This document shows, one piece after another, positions 24,369 through 34,595 of a DNA stretch of 64,000 bases (position 1 is the first letter of the stretch; each line of letters begins with the position of its first letter). The stretch is taken from positions 25,922-89,921 of the forward strand of contig CACFAY010000001.1 of NCBI GenBank assembly GCA_902564345.1, written 5' to 3'. A model generated the notes under the pieces. That model made no database searches. It was not told the DNA's origin and was given only the letters and a program-made list of their open reading frames with translations. Source of the DNA: an uncultured SAR324 cluster bacterium (lineage in GTDB: Bacteria; SAR324; NAC60-12). Position numbers and translations under genes: made by a program.

Positions 24369-25316
24369 TTGAACAAAAAAATGTTTGAAACTAAAAAAAA
24401 CAAATTTAGTAAGGGATCTCTAAGATTTCGTCATCGTCTTGAGTATTTAATTTTCAGCAGTCTAAAACGGTGGGGAGAATCCGCTTCAGAAAAATCACTA
24501 GAACGTGGAGCTTTAATGCTTGATTTACTTCTTTTTTATTTACTTCGTATCTGCCGAAAAATAGTGAAAATAAATTTAGAGTTTGCTTTTCCAAACTTAA
24601 CATCAATGGAACGCAAAAAAATAGCTCGTGAAAATTATAGATGGTTTGCGCGTTTTTGCATTGACGTCCTTCATATGGACGCATGGAAAGATCGCACATC
24701 AGAGATAATAGACTTTAAAAATCCTGAAATACTGGAACAGGCTTTGTCTGAAAAAAAAGGGGTTCTTCTTATCAGTGGTCATTTCGGAAACTGGGAAATG
24801 ATTGCCCCAGCATTAGCTGAGAAGGGATATAAACTTGTAATGTATGTCGGAAGACAAACCAATCCACTCACAAATCAGCTTCAAAATTCTGCTCGTGCTA
24901 GTTTTGGTGTGGAAACAATCGAAAAAGGTAAAAAAGCAACATTACAAATGGGAAGAGCACTTGCTGGTAATAAAATTATTGCTATGCTAGTTGACCAAAA
25001 TGATAATAAAACAGAACTTTTTGTAAATTTTTTTGGTAAGCTTGCATCATGCAGTAAAGGTACCGCTGCATTCCATGTACTGCGTAGAAGTCCTGTTGTG
25101 CTTGTGACTTGCCCTTATGTTGGTAATCGTTTAGAACTTAATTTTCAGCATATTCCTTTTAAGCTGACAGGAAATCAGAAAAAAGACACCCAAGAAATTA
25201 CCCAGAAAATAACTTCAGCACTTGAAACAGTAATACGTCAATATCCAGAACAATATTTCTGGATGCATCGCCGTTGGAGGGCCAGACCTCCTCAAGAACC
25301 TGAAAAAATATACTAG
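24369..25316 (+). CDS. lysophospholipid/lipid A biosynthesis acyltransferase (LpxL/HtrB family)
   Basis: ISGHFGNWEM HX4D-type acyltransferase motif, about 300 aa, basic C-terminus typical of LpxL-like late acyltransferases. Confidence 0.7.
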   Translation: MNKKMFETKKNKFSKGSLRFRHRLEYLIFSSLKRWGESASEKSLERGALMLDLLLFYLLRICRKIVKINLEFAFPNLTSMERKKIARENYRWFARFCIDVLHMDAWKDRTSEIIDFKNPEILEQALSEKKGVLLISGHFGNWEMIAPALAEKGYKLVMYVGRQTNPLTNQLQNSARASFGVETIEKGKKATLQMGRALAGNKIIAMLVDQNDNKTELFVNFFGKLASCSKGTAAFHVLRRSPVVLVTCPYVGNRLELNFQHIPFKLTGNQKKDTQEITQKITSALETVIRQYPEQYFWMHRRWRARPPQEPEKIY

Positions 25317-25332
25317 TAAAATCTTTGAAAAA

Positions 25333-26352
25333 ATGAAAAAAATGAATTTAAGGAAACTCAAAATATACACAGAAAATTGGAGTGAAGAACCATTCTCTAT
25401 ATCAAGAAGCTATGAAGATAATTTCGATGTTGTGGTAGTTGAGCTGGAACAGAATGGAGTTAAGGGCTGGGGTGAAGGGTCACCAACTGAACACTACAAT
25501 GAGTCTGTTCAACAAAATAAGACACTTATAGAAAATTTTAGGGAGTTACTTGAAAATGGGATGTCACGTCAAGAACTTAAGCAGGTATTTCCAAAAGGTG
25601 CTGCCAGAAACGCGGTAGACTGTGCTATTTGGGACCTTGAGGCAAAACTTGCAGGTAAAAGAGTTTGGGAATTACCAGATATTGCAAAGCATCTGGCAGT
25701 AAACGGGAATTCTAAGGTAGAAAATGTTAAAACTGTTTATACGCTGAGTCTAGATACTCCAAAAAAAATGGGAGAAGCTGCTGCAAAACATGCAATTCGA
25801 CCGTATTTGAAAATCAAACTGACTGGTGATGGTGATCTAGAACGCCTAGCTGCTATATCGAAGAATGCTCCCAACTCCCGTTTGATTGTTGATGCCAATG
25901 AAGGATGGACACTTGAGCATTATCAGCGTTTTGTGCCTGAATTAAAGTCTCTTGGAGTGGAAATGGTTGAACAGCCTTTCCCCGCTAACAAGGACAGTAT
26001 CCTGAAAACACTGGATAGACCCCTTCCAGTCTGTGCTGATGAGTCCTGCCATGAGACTTTAGATCTTGAACGTTTAAAAGGGCTTTACGACTTTGTGAAT
26101 ATAAAGCTTGATAAAACAGGGGGACTTACGGAAGCTCTAAATTTGCAGAATCATGCAGAAAACATGGGATTCCAAACCATGGTTGGGTGTATGTCCTCAA
26201 CATCACTTGGTATCGCACCTGCATTTTTAATAGCTCAGCGCGCCCAAATTGTTGACCTTGATGCCCCACTTTATCTTTACGAAGACAGAGCTTCACCCAT
26301 GCAATATAACATTAGTGAAGTATCCCCCCCTAAAGCAGAATTGTGGGGATGA
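25333..26352 (+). CDS. enolase-superfamily dipeptide epimerase (L-Ala-D/L-Glu epimerase-like)
   Basis: N-terminal capping domain, KIKLTG (KxK catalytic motif), IVDANEGW metal ligand region, 339 aa. Confidence 0.7.
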   Translation: MKKMNLRKLKIYTENWSEEPFSISRSYEDNFDVVVVELEQNGVKGWGEGSPTEHYNESVQQNKTLIENFRELLENGMSRQELKQVFPKGAARNAVDCAIWDLEAKLAGKRVWELPDIAKHLAVNGNSKVENVKTVYTLSLDTPKKMGEAAAKHAIRPYLKIKLTGDGDLERLAAISKNAPNSRLIVDANEGWTLEHYQRFVPELKSLGVEMVEQPFPANKDSILKTLDRPLPVCADESCHETLDLERLKGLYDFVNIKLDKTGGLTEALNLQNHAENMGFQTMVGCMSSTSLGIAPAFLIAQRAQIVDLDAPLYLYEDRASPMQYNISEVSPPKAELWG

Positions 26353-26556
26353 TCTAGTAAAAAATGTTACCATCCTTTTTTTAGTTTGAAAGTTTATTTC
26401 AACTCACATGCTGAGCTTTGAAATCTATATTTAAACCTAAAAAAATATCTTTTTTTTGCAACCTTAGGAAAACAACATATTTGATAAATCTAAAATTTCT
26501 TTAAATTTGTATTTAAGAAGTATTTAAGAAGTATTTAAAGTTGAATTTAAGTCTAT

Positions 26557-27879
26557 ATGAAAAAACCCTCCAAGAAAATACCAATAATTATTCTCCAAAG
26601 ATTTAAGATTATTTTCCGACCTAATGGACCTGTTTTTTACGGATGGTGGATAGTAGCTGTTGCATCTTTTGTTATGTATTTGGGATCCCTTTTTTGGGTA
26701 CAAAGTTATGGTGCCTATGCAGTAATATTTAATCGTGAATTTGGATGGAGTATGACTATGCTTGCAGCCGCATACACTTTGACACGTATTGAAAGTGGAC
26801 TTCTTGGTCCGTTCCAAGGGTGGTTGACTGATCGTTATGGACCTCGTCTTATTATAAGTATTGGCCTGCTAATGTTCGGAATTGGACTACTTTGTCTGAC
26901 TCTCGTCAAAACAATTCAAATTTATATTTTAGCGGTTGTTATCATTTCAATTGGAATCAGTCTAGGAGGATATCAAACATTGATGGTTGCAATTGTAAAT
27001 TGGTTTCAACAACATCGCACGAAAGCTATTGCTCTAACTCAACTGGGGCACAGCTTAGGCGGGCTAAGTGTGCCAATTTTGGCATACGGGTTGGAGGAAT
27101 TTGGTTGGCGTACAATAGCTCTTACTTCAGGGTTCGCATCAATTTTCCTTGGCATACCTCTAGTTCAACACATACGTCATCGACCCGAAGAAAAAAATGA
27201 AGTAGTAGACGGTAAGATTATAGGAGAAAATTACAATGACCGTTTGGAAATAAAAAGTGATATTGTATCTGCAAGCTGGCAGAATGCTTTAAGAACTCGA
27301 GCATTCTGGTTTATCTCGGTTGGGCATGCAATTGCTTTACTGTCAGTTTCAGCAGTACTTGTACACCTTATCCCGCACCTGACTAACACCCTGAGAATGG
27401 AACTGACTGAAGCTGGATTGGTATTTTCAACTGTAAGCATCTCTCAAATTATTGGACTTTCTTGCGGAGGTTATTTAGGAGATCGTTTTAGCAAGCGGAT
27501 AATCTGTTCTTACTGTATGATTTTTCATGGCAGTGGAATGTTAGTGCTTGCGTTTTTTGATGATTACATAATGGTTCTTTTGTTTTCTGTTCTTCACGGA
27601 ATTGCCTGGGGTATCCGGGGACCTCAAATGGTAGCGATTCGTGCAGATTATTTTGGAACCAGATCATTTGGAAAAATCTTTGGGATTTCATCAATGGTGG
27701 TTATGTTTGGAACAATGTTAGGACCTCTTATATGTGGGTTGGTTGTAGATCATTATGGAATATATCGAAATGCATTTATAAGTTTTGGTTTGATAAGCTT
27801 TTTAGGAGCAGTTCTTTTTTTCTTTTCTCAAAAACCAAATTTCAATGCTCAAAAGATTCAGAAGATAAATTCAAACTAA
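26557..27879 (+). CDS. MFS transporter (12 TM)
   Basis: Two six-helix halves with conserved MFS loop motifs (GWLTDRYGPR; GGYLGDRFSKR). Confidence 0.75.
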   Translation: MKKPSKKIPIIILQRFKIIFRPNGPVFYGWWIVAVASFVMYLGSLFWVQSYGAYAVIFNREFGWSMTMLAAAYTLTRIESGLLGPFQGWLTDRYGPRLIISIGLLMFGIGLLCLTLVKTIQIYILAVVIISIGISLGGYQTLMVAIVNWFQQHRTKAIALTQLGHSLGGLSVPILAYGLEEFGWRTIALTSGFASIFLGIPLVQHIRHRPEEKNEVVDGKIIGENYNDRLEIKSDIVSASWQNALRTRAFWFISVGHAIALLSVSAVLVHLIPHLTNTLRMELTEAGLVFSTVSISQIIGLSCGGYLGDRFSKRIICSYCMIFHGSGMLVLAFFDDYIMVLLFSVLHGIAWGIRGPQMVAIRADYFGTRSFGKIFGISSMVVMFGTMLGPLICGLVVDHYGIYRNAFISFGLISFLGAVLFFFSQKPNFNAQKIQKINSN

Positions 27880-27973
27880 AGTTAAAATTTATTTTTTGAA
27901 TATAATATTCCTAAGGGTTGGTTTGAAGGCCCCATAGAAACCTTAATACTTAAATACATAATATGTAATTAAA

Positions 27974-28609
27974 TCATTGACGAATGATTCCCGAATTATT
28001 CAAGTGTAATTCAGCAAGGTGGGAGTGTGTACCTTTATTTTTGGTCAACTCAATTCCACTATGTGTCTTTACACTGCCACTAGCCATCTCAGCAATGGTG
28101 AACTCAAAACCATCTGGAATTTCTATTCTCGCTCTATGCTCAGCGCCTGTAACTGCATTCTTTATCGGTTCCACATTAAGTTCAAAAACACCGTCAACTA
28201 ATACTAGGCCTGTGCGTGCCTCCATATCAGCTTCTATTTTGATAGGTAAGTAAAGTGTTTTATGACGAATAGTAGTCATAGCATTGATAACCCAAAAGAT
28301 AGTCGCAAGTTCCACAGTATCTTCTCCAGAAACAATTTTTTCTAATGCATTTCTCTGATCTTCAGTAGCATGGTCATCAATAATTATAAGCCGCTCACCA
28401 TTACCTTCATGAATAGGTCCTGGCCACTTTGCCAGCATACCTACATTCAAATTATCAAGCGAAACTCCTCCGTAAAAACCTTTTTCAATCCGAAACCCGT
28501 CTGCAGCTTCACAAGTGCCATAAGTAGGCAAGGCATCAAATTGACAAGGGCAGCCGTATGCACAGTTACAATTTGCAACTAGAACTGCATGTATCTCCCA
28601 AGGTGTCAT
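27974..28609 (-). CDS. Cys-rich hypothetical protein, DUF1326-like
   Basis: CNCAYGCPCQF cluster near the N-terminus and about 210 aa length match my memory of DUF1326. No DUF2182 partner is adjacent. Confidence 0.45.
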   Translation of the reverse strand: MTPWEIHAVLVANCNCAYGCPCQFDALPTYGTCEAADGFRIEKGFYGGVSLDNLNVGMLAKWPGPIHEGNGERLIIIDDHATEDQRNALEKIVSGEDTVELATIFWVINAMTTIRHKTLYLPIKIEADMEARTGLVLVDGVFELNVEPIKNAVTGAEHRARIEIPDGFEFTIAEMASGSVKTHSGIELTKNKGTHSHLAELHLNNSGIIRQ

Positions 28610-28652
28610 TTAGTCTATTAACTTTATGATTTATTAAAACCAGAACAACAAA

Positions 28653-29618
28653 TTAGTACACTCCTGAACGAAGAATGTAGTAAATTTGAACAATACCAAT
28701 AGGACGGTTTTCTTTATTAGTTACAACTAGGCAAGTTATCGAATGTGTTTCCATTATATGCAGAGCTTTGGCTGCCAGTGCATCCGGTGATATTGTTTTT
28801 GGCTTCGGACTAGCATAGTCCTGCAAAGGCTGGTCAAGAAAATTATTCCCTTTTTCAAGTAGGCGCATTAAATCACCCGTGGTAAAAACACCACTGATTT
28901 TTTCATCCTGATTGACGGCAACTATTATTCCAAGGTTTTTGCTTGACAAAACGTTCATTGCCTCACGCATAAGAATTTTTTCAGGTACAATTGGCAGCAT
29001 TTCACCTTCAATCATTACATCCTTAATTCTTATAGTAAGCTTGCGTCCAAGACTGCCCCCTGGATGAAATACTGCAAAATCATCTTGACTGAACTGACGT
29101 TTTTCAAGCAAACACATCGCAAGAGCATCGCCAAGTGCCAGAGTTGCTGTGCTACTTGCCGTGGGTGCTAAACCAAGCGGGCAAGCTTCCTTTTTAACTG
29201 CAACTGAAAGATGAACTGTAGATGCCTTGGCAAGAGTGGAATCAGAGTTTCCAGTAATTGCAATCATAGGAATTCCCAGCGTAGTGACGTGTCCAATCAT
29301 CTGCAGTACTTCAACAGTTTCACCACTGTAGGAAAAAGTAATAATTGCATCCTTTCTAGAAATAATTCCCAAATCTCCATGTGAACTTTCTCCAGCATGA
29401 AGAAACAGAGAGGGTGAACCAGTACTGGTAAGTGTTGCTGCAATTTTTTGGGCAATCAATCCACTTTTTCCCATTCCAGCAAGGATGATTTTTCCCTGGC
29501 AGTCATAAAGAATATTTACTGCATGCTCAAAGTTATAGTCAAGACGTTTGTTGATTTCTTCAAGGCCAGCAATTTCAATTGTCAGTGTTTCGCGTGCGCG
29601 CTTCAACAATTTTGACAT
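28653..29618 (-). CDS. kpsF: arabinose-5-phosphate isomerase (SIS + tandem CBS), KpsF/GutQ family
   Basis: ILAGMGKSGLIAQKIAATLTSTGSPSLFLHAGESSHGDLG SIS signature; C-terminal CBS pair. Confidence 0.85.
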   Translation of the reverse strand: MSKLLKRARETLTIEIAGLEEINKRLDYNFEHAVNILYDCQGKIILAGMGKSGLIAQKIAATLTSTGSPSLFLHAGESSHGDLGIISRKDAIITFSYSGETVEVLQMIGHVTTLGIPMIAITGNSDSTLAKASTVHLSVAVKKEACPLGLAPTASSTATLALGDALAMCLLEKRQFSQDDFAVFHPGGSLGRKLTIRIKDVMIEGEMLPIVPEKILMREAMNVLSSKNLGIIVAVNQDEKISGVFTTGDLMRLLEKGNNFLDQPLQDYASPKPKTISPDALAAKALHIMETHSITCLVVTNKENRPIGIVQIYYILRSGVY

Positions 29619-29621
29619 ATT

Positions 29622-30752
29622 TTAAACGTACAAAATTCCTTGTTTTTCAAAATGCCGCATTGTAGCAGAATCTCTTAAATCACCTGCTTTAAGAATTATG
29701 GCATCAGTGTTATGAGTTCCATTTTTATTGGGAATTGAGCCTCCTACTGCGAGCCTGTAAGGAGGAATAACTGGCAGCAGAAACAATTTTTCTCCCACCA
29801 CGCATTCCATGGGAGCTACAAAATCTTTAGTGTCCTCATCATAAATTTTCTTACCCGAAGCCATTATTACACCACTGGCAATAACTGATCCTTCTCCAAT
29901 AATACCTGTTAATTCGCACATAGCTCCTATTTTCACGTTGTCTTCAACAATTGAAGCCAGTCTCCCTGCAGGCTCAAGGATACCCTCAATACCAGAACCT
30001 GCTCCATATTTGACGTTTTTTCCAATCTGTGCACATGAAGCCACCCTAGCTCCTCCGTCAATCATACAACCTTCTCCAGCAATATATGCTCCAATATTCA
30101 CAAATGCTAGATTCATTACAACTGTTTTAGGACCAATATAAGTACCCGTACGAACCATAGAACCTGGTGCATAACGAACTCCACCCTTCTCAAAATCTTC
30201 ATCAGTATAATTTGCAGTTTTGAGAGGTATCTTATCCCAATATTTTCCTTCTATACGCTCACTGTCATGAGTACCAAAATAATTTAATACTCCTTCAATT
30301 ACATAAGGCTGAGGCTCCCATTTATTATTCACTTTCTCAGCAGCGCGTATATTTCCCTGATTAAGTAATTCGATGAAGACTTTGCACTCTTCAGCAGAGG
30401 CTACTTGGCCAGAAAGATTAACCAGCAGATCCGGACATGAACATTCAACATTTTCTATCCGAAGAGTCTCCCTACTTTTCATTCTCATTAACAATTCTAG
30501 CTTCTGATGCTTACCTGGATTGTTGCGTGCATCTTGAACTTTTTCCTCAAAGATCCTCAGTCCCTCTTTTGCTGCTTGGAAGTCAATTAACCCTTTATTG
30601 TCAGCAATATGTCTGAAAACCCTTACTGATCCTTGTCTTCCAGGAATATTTGGAATAACGGAAACAAGTTCATCACTCTCATTGTATAACCGAAGCAATA
30701 CGGTTTTTTCAGCAGTTGGAAGAGATTTCAAATTTTCTTCAAATGTATTCAT
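29622..30752 (-). CDS. dapD: 2,3,4,5-tetrahydropyridine-2,6-dicarboxylate N-succinyltransferase (long-N-terminus form)
   Basis: LbH domain with VNIGAYIAGEGCMIDGGARVASCAQIGKNV and GIEGILEP segments. These closely parallel E. coli DapD (SCAQIGKNVH...GIGGVLEP, recalled from memory). Confidence 0.7.
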   Translation of the reverse strand: MNTFEENLKSLPTAEKTVLLRLYNESDELVSVIPNIPGRQGSVRVFRHIADNKGLIDFQAAKEGLRIFEEKVQDARNNPGKHQKLELLMRMKSRETLRIENVECSCPDLLVNLSGQVASAEECKVFIELLNQGNIRAAEKVNNKWEPQPYVIEGVLNYFGTHDSERIEGKYWDKIPLKTANYTDEDFEKGGVRYAPGSMVRTGTYIGPKTVVMNLAFVNIGAYIAGEGCMIDGGARVASCAQIGKNVKYGAGSGIEGILEPAGRLASIVEDNVKIGAMCELTGIIGEGSVIASGVIMASGKKIYDEDTKDFVAPMECVVGEKLFLLPVIPPYRLAVGGSIPNKNGTHNTDAIILKAGDLRDSATMRHFEKQGILYV

Positions 30753-30783
30753 AGTCTAGATATATGTGGTCAATAGTTGACAA

Positions 30784-32154
30784 TTAAATATGCTTAAGTG
30801 GAGTTTTACCTAGCGGAAAAACATTAAAACCAATTTTATAAAGCTTCTCATGATCAAGATGGTTTCGACCGTCAAATATGAAAGCTGGTTCAGCCATAGA
30901 CTGAAAAATTTTTTTGTAATCCAGATTCCTATATTCATCCCAATGCGTAACCAAAGCAAGAGCATGAGCACCATCGGCAGCTTCATAAACATCCTCAACA
31001 AATGAAACTTCACCATTAATGTTTTTTAGTTCAATACGAGCGTTTTTAAGGGCTTTTGGATCATGAATTCTTACCCTTGCGTTTTCGCCCACCAGTTTTT
31101 TGCAAAGCGGAATTGCAGGAGAATCACGTGTATCTCCTGTATCCTGCTTAAAGGCAAATCCTAACATAGTAATTGTCTTACCTGACAGAGTATTGAAAAG
31201 CTCATGCAAAATATTCTGAAAAAAACGATTAGTTTGCCATTCATTAATATCTACAACGCTAGCCCAGTAATCGGCAACTTCTGGAAGTCCATAATATTCA
31301 CAAAGATATGACAGATGCAAAATATCCTTTCGAAAACATGAGCCACCAAAACCAATACTGGCCTGTAAAAATTTTGCACCAATTCTTGAGTCCATTCCAA
31401 TTGCTCGAGAGACTTCCGTAATGTCGGCCTCAGTACGTTCACAAAGTGCTGAAATACTGTTTACTGAAGAAATCCGCTGTGCTAGCATCGCGTTGGCAAC
31501 GAGTTTTGAAAGTTCACTGCTCCAAACACTGGTCAACAAAATTTGTTCTCGTGGAACCCAATGAGCGTAAAGTTCTGCAATTTTGTTAGCTGCTTTATGC
31601 CCATTTTCATTTTCTTCTCCACCTATCAAAACACGGTCTGGATTTGCCAAATCTTTTATAGCAGTCCCTTCAGCCAAAAACTCTGGATTAGAAACCACAG
31701 AAAATCTAGTTTTTTTGTTTGAGGATTTAAGAATTCTGGACATAGCCTCGGCAGTTCGTACTGGTAAAGTGCTTTTTTCAACAACTATCACTTCTGGCTT
31801 AAGACTATTCTGCAAAATATCACGTGAAGTTTTTTCCCAATACTGCAAATCTGCTGCTTTACCTGCGCCTTCGCCAAATTTCTTGGTAGGAGTATTTACA
31901 GAAACAAAAATGATATCGGCCTCTGCAATTGCTCTTGCGATATCAGTATGGAAAAATAAGTTTTCACCACGTGTCTGCTTGACCACTTCCAGCAATCCAG
32001 GTTCAAAAATTGGCAAATCATCGCTGTTCCAATTCTTTATTCGTTCCTGATTAATGTCCACAACAGTTACTTTGTGTTCCGGACAGAATTTGGCTATCAT
32101 TGCCATTGTTGGTCCACCTACATAACCGGCTCCGATACAAAGGATATTGCTCAT
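30784..32154 (-). CDS. ugd: UDP-glucose 6-dehydrogenase
   Basis: ILCIGAGYVGGPT N-terminal Rossmann motif, catalytic GFGGSCFRKD, 456 aa. Confidence 0.9.
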   Translation of the reverse strand: MSNILCIGAGYVGGPTMAMIAKFCPEHKVTVVDINQERIKNWNSDDLPIFEPGLLEVVKQTRGENLFFHTDIARAIAEADIIFVSVNTPTKKFGEGAGKAADLQYWEKTSRDILQNSLKPEVIVVEKSTLPVRTAEAMSRILKSSNKKTRFSVVSNPEFLAEGTAIKDLANPDRVLIGGEENENGHKAANKIAELYAHWVPREQILLTSVWSSELSKLVANAMLAQRISSVNSISALCERTEADITEVSRAIGMDSRIGAKFLQASIGFGGSCFRKDILHLSYLCEYYGLPEVADYWASVVDINEWQTNRFFQNILHELFNTLSGKTITMLGFAFKQDTGDTRDSPAIPLCKKLVGENARVRIHDPKALKNARIELKNINGEVSFVEDVYEAADGAHALALVTHWDEYRNLDYKKIFQSMAEPAFIFDGRNHLDHEKLYKIGFNVFPLGKTPLKHI

Positions 32155-32196
32155 TTAACTAAAACTATATTTTCGAATTATTATATATTTGTTTAT

Positions 32197-33840
32197 TTAT
32201 GCAAACAACGGGGGAGCAACATCATCCGGCACAGACTGACCTAATAAAATAAAATTTGTTGCCGCCACGTTACTCAAGTTGTTATTAAAATTCTCACCAA
32301 ATGGTTTGAGATGATAATCACCATTGTACAAAGGATCAAATAGAATAAAAGGCACTGGATTCAGAGAATGCTTGGTACTAATCTCCATTATTCCATCACA
32401 GTTCTCAAAAAGCATCTGGTCAGCATTTCCGTGATCTGCAGTAATCACCAACAGACCTTTCATTTCAACAATTGCACTTACAATTAAGTTGAGTGCAACA
32501 TCAACAGCTTCAATTGCTTTTAATGCCGCCTGAAAGTCACCCGTATGGCCAACCATATCAGCATTGGCAAAATTTATCAGTCCATATTGATATTCACCTG
32601 AAAGGATGAATTCAACTGCTTTCTTACTTATTTCTTTAGCCTTCATAAGTGGCTTACTAGCAAAGGACGGAATTTTATCAGATAAAATTAGATGATAATT
32701 TTCCATGGATGAATCAAGCGGTTCTCGATAACCTCCGTTGTAGAAAAAAGTTACATGAGGATATTTTTGTGATTCTGAAAGCCTGAACTGCTTCAAACCT
32801 AGTTCCAAAATACGCTTACCAAAGGGGTCCTCAACCTGCGGTGTCCCGACTAGGTAATTTTTTGGTATTTCATCATCCTCATCATACTGAGTCATACCGA
32901 CAAACAAAACTTTGGGACGAACATGACGTTCAAAATGTCTAAAATCATCATCCAAAATCGCCCTGCTAAATTCAACCGCACGATCCCCACGAAAGTTTGT
33001 AAATATTAAACCATGATTATCCTCAATTGGCGCTATTGCCTTCCCTTTGCGTATAAGAACAAACCCGGGAATATCCTGATCAATAATACCTGGATTTTTA
33101 GTTCTAAAATATTCAATTGCATCCCTTATACATGAGAAGCTGTTTTTTGAATTTCCTTTAACATGAATATTCCATCCAACCTCTACTTTTTCCCAGTTAT
33201 TATCACGGTCCATGGTAATCGCTTCTCTCCCGCCCCCACTAGCGAAAGCATAATCAATTTCTGCTCGCTGCCTCTTAAGTTCTGAAAAGAGTTTTTCAAA
33301 CTGTTCAGTATAAGTGAGTGCGGACTGAACCCCTACGTCCCTACCGTCAAGCAAAGCATGGACATAACAACGTCTAATTCCTGCCTCAAAGGCATGACAA
33401 ATAATGGCCTTCATATGATCCTGATGGCTGTGAATATTTCCATCTGAAATAAGACCAAGCAAATGCAATGGAGTATCGTTATTCAAGCAGTTTTTAATTA
33501 TCTTCTTTAAAACGGGGATTTTAAAAAAATCTCCAGTTTGAATTAGATTCTTAATTAGAGTTGGACCTTGCTGCTTTATAACCCCTGCTCCCATTGTCAT
33601 GTGTCCAACCTCCGATCCTCCAAGGTCATTTTGACTTGGAAGACCTACATATTTTCCATGAGACCAAAGCTGTGTATAAGGACAGTTGTGCATGAGACCA
33701 TCCATAACTGGGATTGATGCCTTGTGGATTGCATTAGTTTCATCAGGTGCACCAATTCCCCAGCCATCGAGGACAACATTAATCAATGGACCACGACCTG
33801 AAAAATTATACCGGAGACTTTTAAGAGATTTCATTAACAA
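32197..33840 (-). CDS. gpmI: 2,3-bisphosphoglycerate-independent phosphoglycerate mutase
   Basis: VVLDGWGIG N-terminal motif, ADHGNAD metal-binding motif, about 545 aa. Confidence 0.9.
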   Translation of the reverse strand: MLMKSLKSLRYNFSGRGPLINVVLDGWGIGAPDETNAIHKASIPVMDGLMHNCPYTQLWSHGKYVGLPSQNDLGGSEVGHMTMGAGVIKQQGPTLIKNLIQTGDFFKIPVLKKIIKNCLNNDTPLHLLGLISDGNIHSHQDHMKAIICHAFEAGIRRCYVHALLDGRDVGVQSALTYTEQFEKLFSELKRQRAEIDYAFASGGGREAITMDRDNNWEKVEVGWNIHVKGNSKNSFSCIRDAIEYFRTKNPGIIDQDIPGFVLIRKGKAIAPIEDNHGLIFTNFRGDRAVEFSRAILDDDFRHFERHVRPKVLFVGMTQYDEDDEIPKNYLVGTPQVEDPFGKRILELGLKQFRLSESQKYPHVTFFYNGGYREPLDSSMENYHLILSDKIPSFASKPLMKAKEISKKAVEFILSGEYQYGLINFANADMVGHTGDFQAALKAIEAVDVALNLIVSAIVEMKGLLVITADHGNADQMLFENCDGIMEISTKHSLNPVPFILFDPLYNGDYHLKPFGENFNNNLSNVAATNFILLGQSVPDDVAPPLFA

Positions 33841-33852
33841 ATTTAAACTTTT

Positions 33853-34578
33853 TTAATTTATTCTTAGAATACTTTCATCTCTTAAAAGCTCACACAAAAA
33901 ATCACATGCCTTTTGCAAATACTCTTCGTCACGGCATTCAAGAGTCAATTTAACATTATAGTCTGATCCAGAAATTTTTGGATATGAACCAAGCTGTATT
34001 TCCGGAAATACTCCCTGAGTTTCGTCGAGTGATGCGGCAATATCTCCTTCATCAGCCTTAAGAAAAATTTGTTTCATAACAATTGGTGTTGTCCTGAAAC
34101 GTTCCCTTATACCGGAAAACCGCATTTTTAGAAATTCTGGAATTCCTGGAAAAATAAAGATATTGTGAAACTGGAGTTGTGGTGGACGACCTTTTTTATA
34201 TTCAATCAACTCCGAACCCTCAGGTATCATGGCCATTCTTCGATGGGCATCAGTCATATTTTCACCTCGATAACTGTATATAGCTTCCATAATCTTTGGC
34301 GATTCATAAAGGTTAGCTCCGAAGGCATTAGCGATTGAAGCAACTGTTAGGTCGTCAAGTGTTGGGCCAATTCCACCGCTGGTAAATACCCAGTTAAATC
34401 GTCTTGAAAATTCCATTACAGTCTTCCCAATCACTTCTGGAGTGTCTGGTATAGTTATGATCTCCTTGACTTCAACTCCAAGAATCCTAAGTTCCCTGCA
34501 AAGATATGGGGAGTTTTTGTCAGTAACCTTCCCCGACAAAATTTCATTTCCTACGATAATGATTCCTGCATTTGACAA
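33853..34578 (-). CDS. molybdopterin-binding (MoCF-biosynthesis/CinA N-terminal-like) domain protein
   Basis: GIIIVGNEILSGKVTDKNSPYL and TSGGIGPTLDD motifs (GGxGPTxDD signature). Confidence 0.65.
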   Translation of the reverse strand: MSNAGIIIVGNEILSGKVTDKNSPYLCRELRILGVEVKEIITIPDTPEVIGKTVMEFSRRFNWVFTSGGIGPTLDDLTVASIANAFGANLYESPKIMEAIYSYRGENMTDAHRRMAMIPEGSELIEYKKGRPPQLQFHNIFIFPGIPEFLKMRFSGIRERFRTTPIVMKQIFLKADEGDIAASLDETQGVFPEIQLGSYPKISGSDYNVKLTLECRDEEYLQKACDFLCELLRDESILRIN

Positions 34579-34595
34579 CGATTTTCTCCATAATA

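Noticed and set aside
26500-26545. Short tandem GTATTTAAGAA x2.5 upstream of the MFS gene
   Set aside because: Too short and AT-rich to distinguish from chance in a low-GC promoter region. Recorded only as a possible regulatory repeat.
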